IMG/VR virus record: IMGVR_UViG_3300023082_000008
Location: 64,001-126,020 of that record
Length of the DNA stretch: 62,020 bases
Direction: 5' to 3' (one strand)
Source of the DNA: a virus
Taxonomy: Duplodnaviria; Heunggongvirae; Uroviricota; Caudoviricetes
Under the pieces are notes generated by a model. It had not been told where the DNA came from. It saw only the letters and a program-made list of their open reading frames with translations, and did not search any database. Below are positions 37,901 through 46,086 of this stretch, in pieces. Every line of letters begins with the position of its first letter. Positions within the stretch are counted from its first letter, which is position 1. The position numbers were made by a program, and so were the translations under genes.

Positions 37901-40860
37901 ATGAAATTATTACAAATCAGGCCAACATTAAGAACGGTACGATCACTACCGCTCACATCACCAATGCTACAATCGGTGAAGCACAGATCACTGGTGGAAT
38001 TAGCGCAAACAAGTTGACCGCCGGTACCGGTATCATCACTGACCTACAGGTAGGTAATGGTTCTAACAAGGGAAGTCTAAGGTCTGCTGATTACGTCGCC
38101 GGTACATCAGGATGGAAGATCGGTTATGATAATACTCTTCCAGCAGGGCAGAAGAACCTTCTTGAAATCAACGATGGTCTTATCAAGGCTCGCACACTAG
38201 AATTGCGTAATTCGCTCAACCTTATGCCTTCATCGTTTACAGATTTTGAAGGCCGCGCTTCATTCTATGATTCGTTGTTCCGATCTACAGACTGTGTTAT
38301 TACAGTTGGAGCGGGCGGTATGAATAGTACTCAAGCACTAATTATTAACCCTAATACGAGTACTGCGGGCTGGAAAGCGGGTCTCGCCACAGTAGATATT
38401 CCTTATAACATTGATGTTGAGTCAGGAAAGCAGTACATTATTTCTGGCTATCTAAGAAGTGCTTCTGCATGCACGGTAAAAATTGGTCTTGAATTTAACA
38501 CGCTAGAAACGGCGGCTTCGTCCGATCTCGCTATTACTACTACATACCAAAGATTTTCATTTTTGGCAACAGCAACAAGCACCGCTCAAAAGGCTGCTTT
38601 TATTATTGCAGGGACACAAGATGTAAACGTTTATGTAGATCGAGTAATGGTTGAGGAGCGCTTGGGAGCGTTAACGACTCCTTCCGTTTGGTCCCCACCA
38701 AGTTCTACGGTAATCGACGGAGGTCAGATTAAGACCAATAGCATTACTGCAAGTGAAGTGAACTCTAGCATCATTACCGCTGGCGATGTGTATTCAACAA
38801 CCGGATATATTGGAAAACTTACCTTTGATCAACTAGAAGGTGGAACAATTAAGGCCGCTGTTTCCATGGCAACAGAAGGCCGACTGAACGTTGGAAGCCG
38901 CATCACAATTGAAGAGCCAAAATCCAACGGTACAGGTGGTATTACCATTTGGGGAGACGATTCCCACACGATTGCTAAGGCACGTCTCCACCCAGACGGT
39001 AACTATCTTGATGGTATTTTGGTTGCTCAAGACATTACCGTTATTAAGGCCTTGCGCCTAACGGGTACTGGTTCTGCTATCGCATCAGAAGCACAAGTTA
39101 AACTAGAAAACGGTGTCTCTGATCCACCAGCACCCACCCTTACAGCAGGAACTATCATGTCCAACTGGCCTTATGTACCTGAAAACATGGAAGAAAGAGG
39201 GGTTACATGGGATTCTGTAACTGGACAGTGGTACCGTTTGCTATGGAGACTTGCTGATCGTGCGACGTTTATTCAGACAGTTTCTATGTCGGGTGTTGCT
39301 GGGTCTGTAATTCGTTTGGCAGAAACACCAGAACAGCCAGCAGTGCCAGGAAATCCCGGTTCTGGAGGGTTTGGAAGCGGCACATGGGATACACCAGCAG
39401 TACCTAAGCCGTACACTCTTGAGGCGGCAAACGGTATCGCAATTATTGGAGATTGGGTTTACACACACCAGCGTTTTGTATTCACTGGTGATGGGTCATA
39501 TCGTCGACAGTGGTACATTAACAAGCACATGAAGACCAATGGATCACTTGTTAGTTACATTGATTCTTGTGCTGTCGGCGCTGCAACCACGGACCACTAT
39601 CCTACCCTTGCTACTGATGGAGGCAACAATCTTTATTCTCTAGATTACATTGACCCCAACTATGTAAGAGTTAATAAGAGAAATCTGGACAACTTCTCTA
39701 TTTCTGCTGAGACTTGGATTTCAACAAGTACTTTGCCAGATTATCTTACTTCTGCGACGGTAACCACACAGGGAGCAACGACAAACGTGCTTTCTGTTCA
39801 AAATCATCAGGGACTCGTTACTCATTTTGATTTGACAAACCTAGGTTCTCAGTTGACTGCTATGCCACAATACGATTTCACCACGGACGCCAATTCATGG
39901 CTCGGTTACAAATATGGTACTGGTGCAGCATTCTATTCCTTTAAGGCCAATGATCGTAAGATGAGTCAGTACTCTAGTTATTACCCCACCAACTCAGAGA
40001 AATGGTGGGCACAGACAACTGACTACTCTGCTTCTGGTAGTACCAAGGCATCTCCTGAGTCGCTTGGCCTTTCCGTACCAGCCAGACGCTTTGTGACGGT
40101 TAAATTGGCACCACAGCCACCAGGAACCACTGGTTCTAGAGTTTACGTTGGTTATGGAGTTGTGTCTCCCGGAACTACAAAGAAGTTGCGCACCGAGGCA
40201 ATCGTTGATAGATCAATGACATTGACCAATCTCAAGGTAACAGGGTCAGATACGATGTCAACTTCCAACACCATGGGAGGAACCGCTCCAGCCAAACTAT
40301 GGGACGGATTTAATAACTCTTGGAATGGCAACGGTAATGGTACTTTGGGTTCTATTCAGTTCTCGGGAAGCGGTGCTAGTGCAACGGTAACCGATCCATT
40401 ACAACCAACGGACATTGCCAACAAAAGATATGTAGATTCTTCTACGAATGTTGTCAATCGAGTTACTACTGGTTTGTGGAATCGCAATGTTATTTATCCG
40501 AATAACACAAGTGACATGATGATGGGTCCATGGAACATAACGACGGCAGAAAAAAATGGGTCAACCAAGGCGCATATTGTCGCAGAGATTTCTTGTTATG
40601 CTGGTGGCAGCGGCGGTTCCCTACAAGACTGCGACCACAGATTGCAGGTTCAAATTAACGGGGGTGCTTGGACAGACATTTCGAGCAAGTACGTTACCAA
40701 CAACAACGTATACTGGTTGACTTTGGGCGGTGTTCTTAGCGGCTGGATTAATTACGCTGCTTCTGACACAGTATCAGTTAGATTGAAAACCAACGTTGCT
40801 GGTGGTGGATTCAACGTAGGTGTCGCAGGCGGTAACTTCATGGGAACATTCTTCAAGTAA
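31990..40860 (+). CDS. giant tail fibre / host-specificity protein (2956 aa)
   Basis: N-terminal FN3-like domains, collagen-like Gly-X-Y linkers, tandem repeat modules, several carbohydrate-binding-like modules, beta-helix-like spacers, and the PTDIANKRYVD fibre motif. Confidence 0.85.
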   Translation: MTRILLRDLAPGTKYQIQLRSKYGNNTSDWSPVYDFTTNLDAILPTQPTNIMWNSVGRSFLATWEAPTVDTTGGVLYNLGGYRVRISHVPSNKSVTYVINDTRFDFTYEMNEAAFGKARSPLNFEVQSLSATNPLNNSQFTSPVTGQNPIPTAPVMDPARTAIDMVEFSWSAAPDLDLVGYNVYASQTNGFSPGPTNLRSFVNGLQYNLVSPSTAPWYVHVRSVDIFGQESISSQVSGTITSSAKDTTAPANATALAATTAYDTTRNRSYITTTWTKSTDDGAGARDVQQYIIRYSSNGGTNWNYLYVPSNTTTARLDVDPATAYTIQIATQDYSGNTSVFLATSPTSITSAADTTAPSTPSAPVATGGVFQVFVNQANTKAAGGAMESDVDHYDVYMSTTNNFTTYDATTLKGSIQVGTVIGAVFTIPAATTNTTWYVKTVAVDKSNLRSPASAQATATVSLINSTSIDNAINLAISNAQTTATNAGNAAAVAIKSYVNEYSVNSSETVAPTTGWSTSTPTRTPGSFIWFRTTVTLNNNTTSTTNPALLTGNAGSTGSQGIPGTPGSNGQSLYTWLKYADTPTTGMSDDPTGKTYMGIAYNKSTATESSTYTDYEWTLIKGADGTDGKGISNTVVTYQIASSGTVAPTGTWNAAPTATTPGQFLWTRTVTTYTDATTTTAYAVSAHGATGSTGNTGATGTGISGTSVMYQVGNSGTTAPTGTWSAAPVATTTGQFLWTRTITTYTDATTATAYSVSAHGGTGAAGKGISSTAVTYQTATSGTVAPTGTWSASPTATTTGQFLWVRTITTYTDASTVTAYAVSAHGATGSTGSTGAAGRGVSGTTVTYQVGNSGTVEPTGTWSTSLVATTAPGQFLWTRTITTYTDSLNPTTAYAVSAHGSTGPQGNQGIQGPIGPNGLPTYTWIKYGTSATGAGFADLPDGKTYIGIAYNKTTQTESETPSDYEWSLIQGPQGVPGTPAASISLTSTTQVLTAPATGGATTPATAVVTGNAVNTTISAWEYSVDGGAFSATVPAGASRTGNVVTITGATMTARTIAVRMADANGIADTLTVAEVSNGATGATGNTGSTGAAGADAYTVILTNEAQVFLGSTTSANAGSTTTSVIAYKGAVQQTATIGTITGQVTGLTTAITNNGTNNATVTVTVTTALTTLSGTLTIPITVDGKSFTKTFSWSVGLAGAQGTTGNTGSTGVSVTAVTPFYAQVTTGSAAPASPGTVAAPPAPWVATEPTYVAGTELYTTNRITFSNTTYAYTAVVKSSSYAAAVVALTTANGKNKINYSTSAPTSSSVGAVGDFWMVRDATTGVISGQYELKTVAGSVYTWASQTIGNDVVAAGINAGKITVGEMSGDRITANTLTINKTTGLQSTLDAALNANPNLFPNSSFEKDDASASNVVTVTYPATPLIHGTRSMRVTRSATGDAYKLSPYNVPGAIVGGKTVTISWTARGTAGTVTGNQNTIQLQREGDGNIPAVNTVTPAALTSNAQRFSYTTTIPASASNYRLVFRTGANVNDYIEYDAVQVEVGDKATPWGLTPTEAAENAQNAAIQSFFINSNSTFSDWTGSWPEGSGVWGTGAPIKETVLVRTPPNAVRFTNSVVGDQWGMTYNTPLSTLPYSEYVVMEADVMLTSGNFNGSGLLLDWMGVTGNPRSSMHFATLEPSPALNKWYKFTQVFKRPTATGTWTGWNGYVMGNYSGLAGGNSAKSIIFDKVGLRPATQEEITAFNAPANLAAGMTTASNNAVASLKTLWGHPLDQTRIDGGDIYTQTIKANSLTLGDFTNYIADADLTDSSFSNWSITNGLTRIAAADINNPAYIQWVTASGGNAHIYNNNYFEVNPGDKFFFKCEVSAPSSNTNAVNLSGAMHAYGPTGATTTWPQLSPVAVTPGQGWTSYSGIIEIPAGVSSRAQFDPFAQSNSGTVAGQVIRMRRMSLRRMNGAELIVDGSITATKVGTNEIITNQANIKNGTITTAHITNATIGEAQITGGISANKLTAGTGIITDLQVGNGSNKGSLRSADYVAGTSGWKIGYDNTLPAGQKNLLEINDGLIKARTLELRNSLNLMPSSFTDFEGRASFYDSLFRSTDCVITVGAGGMNSTQALIINPNTSTAGWKAGLATVDIPYNIDVESGKQYIISGYLRSASACTVKIGLEFNTLETAASSDLAITTTYQRFSFLATATSTAQKAAFIIAGTQDVNVYVDRVMVEERLGALTTPSVWSPPSSTVIDGGQIKTNSITASEVNSSIITAGDVYSTTGYIGKLTFDQLEGGTIKAAVSMATEGRLNVGSRITIEEPKSNGTGGITIWGDDSHTIAKARLHPDGNYLDGILVAQDITVIKALRLTGTGSAIASEAQVKLENGVSDPPAPTLTAGTIMSNWPYVPENMEERGVTWDSVTGQWYRLLWRLADRATFIQTVSMSGVAGSVIRLAETPEQPAVPGNPGSGGFGSGTWDTPAVPKPYTLEAANGIAIIGDWVYTHQRFVFTGDGSYRRQWYINKHMKTNGSLVSYIDSCAVGAATTDHYPTLATDGGNNLYSLDYIDPNYVRVNKRNLDNFSISAETWISTSTLPDYLTSATVTTQGATTNVLSVQNHQGLVTHFDLTNLGSQLTAMPQYDFTTDANSWLGYKYGTGAAFYSFKANDRKMSQYSSYYPTNSEKWWAQTTDYSASGSTKASPESLGLSVPARRFVTVKLAPQPPGTTGSRVYVGYGVVSPGTTKKLRTEAIVDRSMTLTNLKVTGSDTMSTSNTMGGTAPAKLWDGFNNSWNGNGNGTLGSIQFSGSGASATVTDPLQPTDIANKRYVDSSTNVVNRVTTGLWNRNVIYPNNTSDMMMGPWNITTAEKNGSTKAHIVAEISCYAGGSGGSLQDCDHRLQVQINGGAWTDISSKYVTNNNVYWLTLGGVLSGWINYAASDTVSVRLKTNVAGGGFNVGVAGGNFMGTFFK
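33871..34700 (+). repeat. four tandem ~65-70-codon modules within the tail fibre gene
   Basis: Consensus G(I/V)SxTxVxYQxxxSGTxAPTGTWSxxPxATTxGQFLWxRTITTYTDxxxxxAYxVSAHG. Copies 2 and 4 share an identical 23-mer (34117-34139 and 34531-34553). Confidence 0.9.
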
Positions 40861-40887
40861 TTCGTTGTGAGCATGGTATAATCAATT

Positions 40888-41136
40888 ATGGATAAAAATG
40901 AATTGAAAGTCGTAGCACTAAAAGAGTCAATTTCTGAAATTGTTGCTCAATACGAGGACCGTATCGCAACTCTCAGGGCAGACCTGACGATTCAGGGAAC
41001 AGAAATTACTCAACTTACAGATCAAGTGAATTCTCTGAACTCAGTTGTGAACGAATATCAGCAAAAGGAAAATGAGAAAAATGTTTCGAAAGAAGAAGTT
41101 TCAAGCAGTAAAACTTCCAACGATCCGTCAGCCTAA
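40888..41136 (+). CDS. small coiled-coil hypothetical protein
   Basis: Heptad pattern. Promoter TGG-TATAAT 5 nt before ATG. Confidence 0.75.
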   Translation: MDKNELKVVALKESISEIVAQYEDRIATLRADLTIQGTEITQLTDQVNSLNSVVNEYQQKENEKNVSKEEVSSSKTSNDPSA

Positions 41137-41500
41137 GGACATTACCGATCTTCCTACGGGCACTGTTATCGAAACAGTGAATGGCGATTACTTTTACATT
41201 AAAGGCAGCAAAAAATTTCGAATTATTTCTGATCGCATTCTGTTCTCATGGTCGTTTCCCAGAACTGTATACGTTACTCAAGCGTGTGCAGATCGCTACA
41301 AAACATTTGGTAGATTGGGTTTTCGAGAAGGCACCATTATTCGCGATATTACCACTTCTGCAATATACTTGATTAGTGAGAACAAAAAGCGTTTGGTCAC
41401 AACACCAGACGCTCTTGATAATTTAGGCGTCGCCACAGACGGGATAATGCTCGTCTCACCCGAAGAGGCCGGTATTCATGAAGGAGGAGAAGACATATAG
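41072..41500 (+). CDS. hypothetical protein with two internally similar halves
   Basis: LPTGTVIETVNGDYFYIKGSKKFRI and FREGTIIRDITTSAIYLISENKKRLV resemble each other. Confidence 0.7.
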   Translation: MRKMFRKKKFQAVKLPTIRQPKDITDLPTGTVIETVNGDYFYIKGSKKFRIISDRILFSWSFPRTVYVTQACADRYKTFGRLGFREGTIIRDITTSAIYLISENKKRLVTTPDALDNLGVATDGIMLVSPEEAGIHEGGEDI

Positions 41501-41514
41501 CAAACTATATTAAA

Positions 41515-41937
41515 GTGACATGGAACAATGGAGAAACACTGTCTCGTGACTCACTGACTACCCTGTCCAACAACCAGGACTGGCTCAAGTCAAACATGGC
41601 CAAAACAAGATACATTGGAAGCCCAGGATTTCCACAAAGAGATGGAGCAAAAATTCTTGCGGGTATTTCTTATTTTCCCGGCACCTCGGGATCGTCACTG
41701 TTTTATATTCCCGTGAGTTTTGGTGACTATTTTAGCCCTGACTGTTACCCCGTGGTGACAACAGCGTTGCGCTCGGTTGGTGAAGACAGACTGTTCCACA
41801 GAATTTATGCGCTTGATGGTTCACACTGGATTACTTCCAGTGGTTTTATGATTGCTGGTTACGCTTACACTAACCCGGGCTGGGACAAAAACACTGTTGA
41901 CAACCTACACGTAGACTACATTGCCGTTGGATATTAA
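41515..41937 (+). CDS. hypothetical tail-associated protein
   Basis: Follows the fibre genes and ends VDYIAVGY, like fibre-associated beta domains. Confidence 0.6.
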   Translation: MTWNNGETLSRDSLTTLSNNQDWLKSNMAKTRYIGSPGFPQRDGAKILAGISYFPGTSGSSLFYIPVSFGDYFSPDCYPVVTTALRSVGEDRLFHRIYALDGSHWITSSGFMIAGYAYTNPGWDKNTVDNLHVDYIAVGY

Positions 41938-41959
41938 ATCGTAGTATAATTGTCTTAGC

Positions 41960-42310
41960 ATGCCTAAGACAAAGATTGCAAAAGTTAAGACGGCCAAGGC
42001 CGTTAAAATGTATTCGGCAAAACGCAGAGCGATTTATCATGCGGGTGAACAGATTGACCCACTTGTTGTTTTTGAAAGAGACAACTGGTTGTGTGGAATT
42101 TGCGGTAACATAATTAACCGCCGCCTGCATCACCCCGCCTGGGCCTGTGCTACCATTGATCACGTGGTTCCGATTAGCAAGGCCCTGGAATTGGGCTGGC
42201 CGGTTAACATGATCCACACGTATGATAATGTGCAGGCAGCGCACCGTCGCTGCAACGAACTCAAGTCGAACACCATTGACGGGACCTTGGTCCCCGTGGT
42301 AGACTTGTAG
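41960..42310 (+). CDS. HNH endonuclease
   Basis: ERDNWLCGICG...TIDHVVPISK...NVQAAHRRCNELK. Own promoter TATAAT at 41945-41950. Confidence 0.9.
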   Translation: MPKTKIAKVKTAKAVKMYSAKRRAIYHAGEQIDPLVVFERDNWLCGICGNIINRRLHHPAWACATIDHVVPISKALELGWPVNMIHTYDNVQAAHRRCNELKSNTIDGTLVPVVDL

Positions 42311-42330
42311 TCGACAACCGGAAGGTATAC

Positions 42331-43137
42331 ATGCCAGACACTATGCACTGGGCATTCGTGGGGGACCTACAAATTCCCTACCATGACCCAAGAGCCGTAA
42401 CCCTGTGGATGGACGTCATGAAATGGTGGCGACCAAAGGCTATTGATTTCACAGGCGACATTGATGATCAACTGTGTTACAGTTCTTTCTCGGACGGTAC
42501 CACGGATGAATTCTTCTCTATCATCAAAAAGGCTGAGAACGATTCTCCTATGCCGTATGTAAAAGAGCAGGCACACGAAGCCAAGAAGTTTTACGAGGAC
42601 GTGCGCGGTAGCCACAAGAAGGCTGATCTACACTCTTCTTTAGGCAATCATGACGTGCGCATCAACAAGTACATCGACAAGAAAGCGCCCGGCTATCTTG
42701 ATCAAATCACACCAGAGAATATGTGGGGGTTGGATTCACTTGGAATTTCATGGAGAACCTACGACGATGTACCTTTTCAACGATATGGAGACATATACGT
42801 CCACCATGGAGCAACTACGACAACTACAGGACTGGCTGTCAAATCCGATATTGAATCATACAACATCTCGCTCGTCCGTGGTCACGACCATCGAGGTGGA
42901 GTAGTCTACAAGACTTATCCGATGACCGGTAGGGTATTGCAGGGCATGGGCACAGGCCACATGTGCAACCCTAAGGCGTATGGTCTACGGTACACTATTA
43001 ATCCTTCATGGGAACTTGGGTTTGGTATTGGTCACGTTTACGACAACAGTCAAGGCATCGAAGAAGTCAAGTTGGACTTTGTCCGTATTACCCCAGACTA
43101 TACTTGTGTAGTTGATGGAAAACTTTTTAGGGGTTAG
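42331..43137 (+). CDS. calcineurin-like metallophosphoesterase
   Basis: GDLQIPYHD, GDIDD, LGNHD, VHHG and GHDH motifs. Confidence 0.88.
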   Translation: MPDTMHWAFVGDLQIPYHDPRAVTLWMDVMKWWRPKAIDFTGDIDDQLCYSSFSDGTTDEFFSIIKKAENDSPMPYVKEQAHEAKKFYEDVRGSHKKADLHSSLGNHDVRINKYIDKKAPGYLDQITPENMWGLDSLGISWRTYDDVPFQRYGDIYVHHGATTTTTGLAVKSDIESYNISLVRGHDHRGGVVYKTYPMTGRVLQGMGTGHMCNPKAYGLRYTINPSWELGFGIGHVYDNSQGIEEVKLDFVRITPDYTCVVDGKLFRG

Positions 43138-43140
43138 GCA

Positions 43141-43196
43141 ATAGATTTTCCTCCATTGTATAATGGGAGTATCCCAATGCATTGGAGGAAAACTAT
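43141..43196 (+). promoter_or_regulatory. SD-sequestering hairpin containing an internal promoter (holin leader)
   Basis: TTTTCCTCCA (43146-43155) pairs perfectly with TGGAGGAAAA (43183-43192). TATAAT at 43159-43164 lies inside the 5' arm. Confidence 0.75.
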
Positions 43197-43415
43197 ATGT
43201 GGACAAAGTTGTTCTGGAAAGACGCGGTAGAGCGCGTCATTTCAACCGCTGCGCAGGCAGCACTCGGCGTTATTGTAGCCGGTGGTATTGTAGGTTTAGC
43301 GACCTCCGCAGGTTGGATCATCATCGGCTCAGCAGCCGCAGCATCCTTGCTCAAGGCTCTTATCGCTGTGACCGTAGCAAGCAACGATATTTCACCGGCC
43401 TCACTGGCTAAGTAA
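43197..43415 (+). CDS. holin (r1t-like)
   Basis: MWTKLFWKDAVERVISTAAQAALGV... with two hydrophobic segments. SD GGAGG 8 nt before ATG 43197. Confidence 0.85.
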   Translation: MWTKLFWKDAVERVISTAAQAALGVIVAGGIVGLATSAGWIIIGSAAAASLLKALIAVTVASNDISPASLAK

Positions 43416-43416
43416 T

Positions 43417-43659
43417 ATGTTGACGTGTCAGAGGTGCCGAGGCAGAGTGTTCCTCGACCGTGATATAATGGACCATGACGGATACGAAACCGTCTGTGTT
43501 AATTGCGGCGAGAGGACCTTTGTCTCGGCCCGAAGCAAACTAGGGAATTGGATAACCAAGACAGAATATGAAGCGCGGAGACCGAAAGCAAAAAATACAT
43601 CGCGACAACGTTCCAGTGTACGTTATCCTGAACAAGAAATTGTACAAGGTACTGAGTAA
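43417..43659 (+). CDS. small zinc-ribbon protein
   Basis: CQRCRGRVFLDR...CVNCG. Confidence 0.7.
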   Translation: MLTCQRCRGRVFLDRDIMDHDGYETVCVNCGERTFVSARSKLGNWITKTEYEARRPKAKNTSRQRSSVRYPEQEIVQGTE

Positions 43660-44083
43660 GACTAAATCGACTGATCGCGCGGTACTTTGGAATTTTGAAG
43701 AAAAGACTCGTGAGGTGCACAGTTACGTAGCAGTCGCGAGGTATGGGGAAAAGGCCTACTCCCCGTATGAGATTGGAAATTTGTTAAACCGATCAAAGTA
43801 CACAATTAAGGCACTGTTCCACGAACTACCGGAACCATACCGTATTTATGCATTTACATCTGGCGAGCCCATTGGCCGCAGATGGGATGCTGATGGTGTC
43901 ATGGAGATTAGAGACGTACTCGCATCTAAACACTATGGTCACCCTAGAAACGATGGGGAAATTGTCCCCATGGCACTACCATCGCGCACAGAACTGCGCG
44001 CTATGCTCAATCAGGAGGCCGTCTACTATGTTAAGACAGAAAATGGAAGCGTTATTCCAACATGGAAAGCACACGATTTCTAA
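43568..44083 (+). CDS. probable DNA-binding protein
   Basis: AYSPYEIGNLLNRSKYTI helix-turn-helix-like segment. Basic composition. Confidence 0.55.
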   Translation: MKRGDRKQKIHRDNVPVYVILNKKLYKVLSKTKSTDRAVLWNFEEKTREVHSYVAVARYGEKAYSPYEIGNLLNRSKYTIKALFHELPEPYRIYAFTSGEPIGRRWDADGVMEIRDVLASKHYGHPRNDGEIVPMALPSRTELRAMLNQEAVYYVKTENGSVIPTWKAHDF

Positions 44084-44351
44084 ATCACGAGGCCTTAGGT
44101 ATCTTCCTCTTGATTACCAGGGAGGATACGTTTTTTCTTCGGGCGTTGCATACGGCCAGTTAAATCAAGTGCTTGATCTTGCAGCCAAAAAGCCTAGAAA
44201 AGCACCCGCTTTGCTGATGGTAGCGGAGGGTTGGTTAAAGGTAATCGAGAAACTAGATGAAGAGGGCGAATCGCCCAGACAGCCAATTGGTTTTCAGGTA
44301 AACGCACATCGAGAGGAGGAAACAGATGACAGCAACCAGAGTCAAGAGTGA
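44043..44351 (+). CDS. hypothetical protein (start uncertain)
   Basis: The 3' part of track ORF 43848-44351 fills the gap; its 5' part shadows the upstream gene. Confidence 0.55.
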   Translation: MEALFQHGKHTISKSRGLRYLPLDYQGGYVFSSGVAYGQLNQVLDLAAKKPRKAPALLMVAEGWLKVIEKLDEEGESPRQPIGFQVNAHREEETDDSNQSQE

Positions 44352-44550
44352 ATTGTCATACAAGTTAAATATTGGAAACTATGAGTCTTTCGACATTCTT
44401 GTAGGAATTGAGGCTGATGCACAGGATGGAGAGTCCGTGGTAGACGCTGAAAAGCGTGTCTCAGACCTCGTAGAAGCGATCCTGATGGAGCGCGTAACAG
44501 CAGCGACCAATCAGTTCATCCACAAAAAGAAGGCACCGGTGGAGGGATGA
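44326..44550 (+). CDS. hypothetical protein
   Basis: SD GAGGAGG. LSYKLNIGNYESFDI motif. Confidence 0.75.
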   Translation: MTATRVKSELSYKLNIGNYESFDILVGIEADAQDGESVVDAEKRVSDLVEAILMERVTAATNQFIHKKKAPVEG

Positions 44551-44918
44551 CACCTACACAAGAGGCCCACATGCTCACCACAGGTTACATCAACCTATGG
44601 AAAGCAAAGTACCCAAACGCAGGACAGCCCAACTTCAATCGAAATAAGGCCACTTTTGGCTGGAAGACGATGAAGATGGACATGTCCGTGGACGAAATCA
44701 AGGAACTGGTGGAGTTCTTTTTCACCATTCCAGACGCCAAGCAGCACGACCTGTCTAATTTCCACTGGAACTATGACCAGATTGTTGAGCGCTTTGCAGA
44801 AGTAAAGAAAGATAGAGCGCACCGTAAAGTGCTAGCCAAGCAGTCAGAACAACGAGTTAAGGAGCATGAGGAGAGACTTGCACGAATTAAAAGCGATCAG
44901 CGCAGTTCTGATCAATAA
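44547..44918 (+). CDS. hypothetical protein directly upstream of helicase
   Basis: Overlap-coupled ORF of 123 aa. Confidence 0.7.
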   Translation: MTPTQEAHMLTTGYINLWKAKYPNAGQPNFNRNKATFGWKTMKMDMSVDEIKELVEFFFTIPDAKQHDLSNFHWNYDQIVERFAEVKKDRAHRKVLAKQSEQRVKEHEERLARIKSDQRSSDQ

Positions 44919-46086
44919 AGACGCAGAAACCCTCTTTGGTTCCAATCTGGATGACTTTTTTGTAGAGTATGGTGACGTGTGGGGCGGTATTAAGGAATAC
45001 TACAACCGCCACCGCGAGATGCCAACCCCCGAGGTTGTTCATGAAATGTATGGACATTTCAAGGCAGCCGACGTAACGGGCGCGGTAGAGTTTTACATAG
45101 ATTCCCTAAGAGCAAACTTCCTAAAGAACAAGGGCAAAAACATTGCTATGGTGGCTGATGGTCTTTTCGAGCAGGCACCAGCAGAAGAAGTTATCGACGC
45201 TCTAATGGCCAAGTTGCAGGAATTGCGATCATATTCGATCACAGCAACAGATCACAACATTATGGACTTTGACGCAGCAGAAGAACGTTACGAGCAAGTT
45301 CGTGCCAAGGTAGCAGCCATGAACGGTGTTCCCGGTATTCCTTCGGGAGTTAAGACAATTGACGCTTCATACCCTACCGGCTGGGCTGGTGGAGACTTGA
45401 TTATTCTGCTGGGTTACACCGGTAGAAAAAAGTCATTCTTTTCAGCCCTGCTAGCCTGTGAGGCATTCCAGCGTGGCTATAAGCCGATGTACGTGTCTCT
45501 TGAAATGAAGGCTGACAAGGTACAGGATCGTATTTTCACGATCATGGGATCGGGCATGTTCCAAAACTCTGGGCTGTCATTGGGTGATATTCGCAAAGAT
45601 TCATTCGATACTTTCCGTGAACAGTGGGAGGGCAAGGGAGAGTTCATCGTTGTTAACAGCGACGGACGATCAGCCATTACTCCAAACGTGCTACAAGCCA
45701 AGATTGACCAGCACAAGCCTTCCATGCTTATTCTTGACTATGCTCAGTTGATGAGCGATAATGGTCAGAATGACAATATGACAATCAAGATGATGAACCT
45801 GTCAGTTCAACTTAAGTCTTTGGCTGTGGCGAACGACATTCCCATCATTCTGATTTCATCTGCAACACCAGACGGTAAGGTCGGAGACGACCCACCAACG
45901 ATTGAGCAGGTTGCATGGTCAAAGCAGTTGGCGTTTGACGCCGACCTAGCCTTCGCGGTACATGGTAGCGACGAAGGCGACATTGTTAGAATTGTGTGTA
46001 GAAAGAACAGAAACGGCCCACAGTTCGACCTTAGTCTTGACTGGGATATCAACAATGGTATTTGGAAGGAATTCTATTTGTCATGA
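44878..46086 (+). CDS. dnaB: DnaB-like replicative helicase
   Basis: Walker A variant GYTGRKKS, YVSLEM, LILDYAQLM, KNRNGP. Likely TTG start at 44878 after GAGGAG. Confidence 0.9.
   Translation: MHELKAISAVLINKDAETLFGSNLDDFFVEYGDVWGGIKEYYNRHREMPTPEVVHEMYGHFKAADVTGAVEFYIDSLRANFLKNKGKNIAMVADGLFEQAPAEEVIDALMAKLQELRSYSITATDHNIMDFDAAEERYEQVRAKVAAMNGVPGIPSGVKTIDASYPTGWAGGDLIILLGYTGRKKSFFSALLACEAFQRGYKPMYVSLEMKADKVQDRIFTIMGSGMFQNSGLSLGDIRKDSFDTFREQWEGKGEFIVVNSDGRSAITPNVLQAKIDQHKPSMLILDYAQLMSDNGQNDNMTIKMMNLSVQLKSLAVANDIPIILISSATPDGKVGDDPPTIEQVAWSKQLAFDADLAFAVHGSDEGDIVRIVCRKNRNGPQFDLSLDWDINNGIWKEFYLS

Noticed and set aside
44076-44078. ATT as a fourth non-canonical start
   Set aside because: An in-frame ATG at 44043 is a workable alternative, so the case is not compelling.
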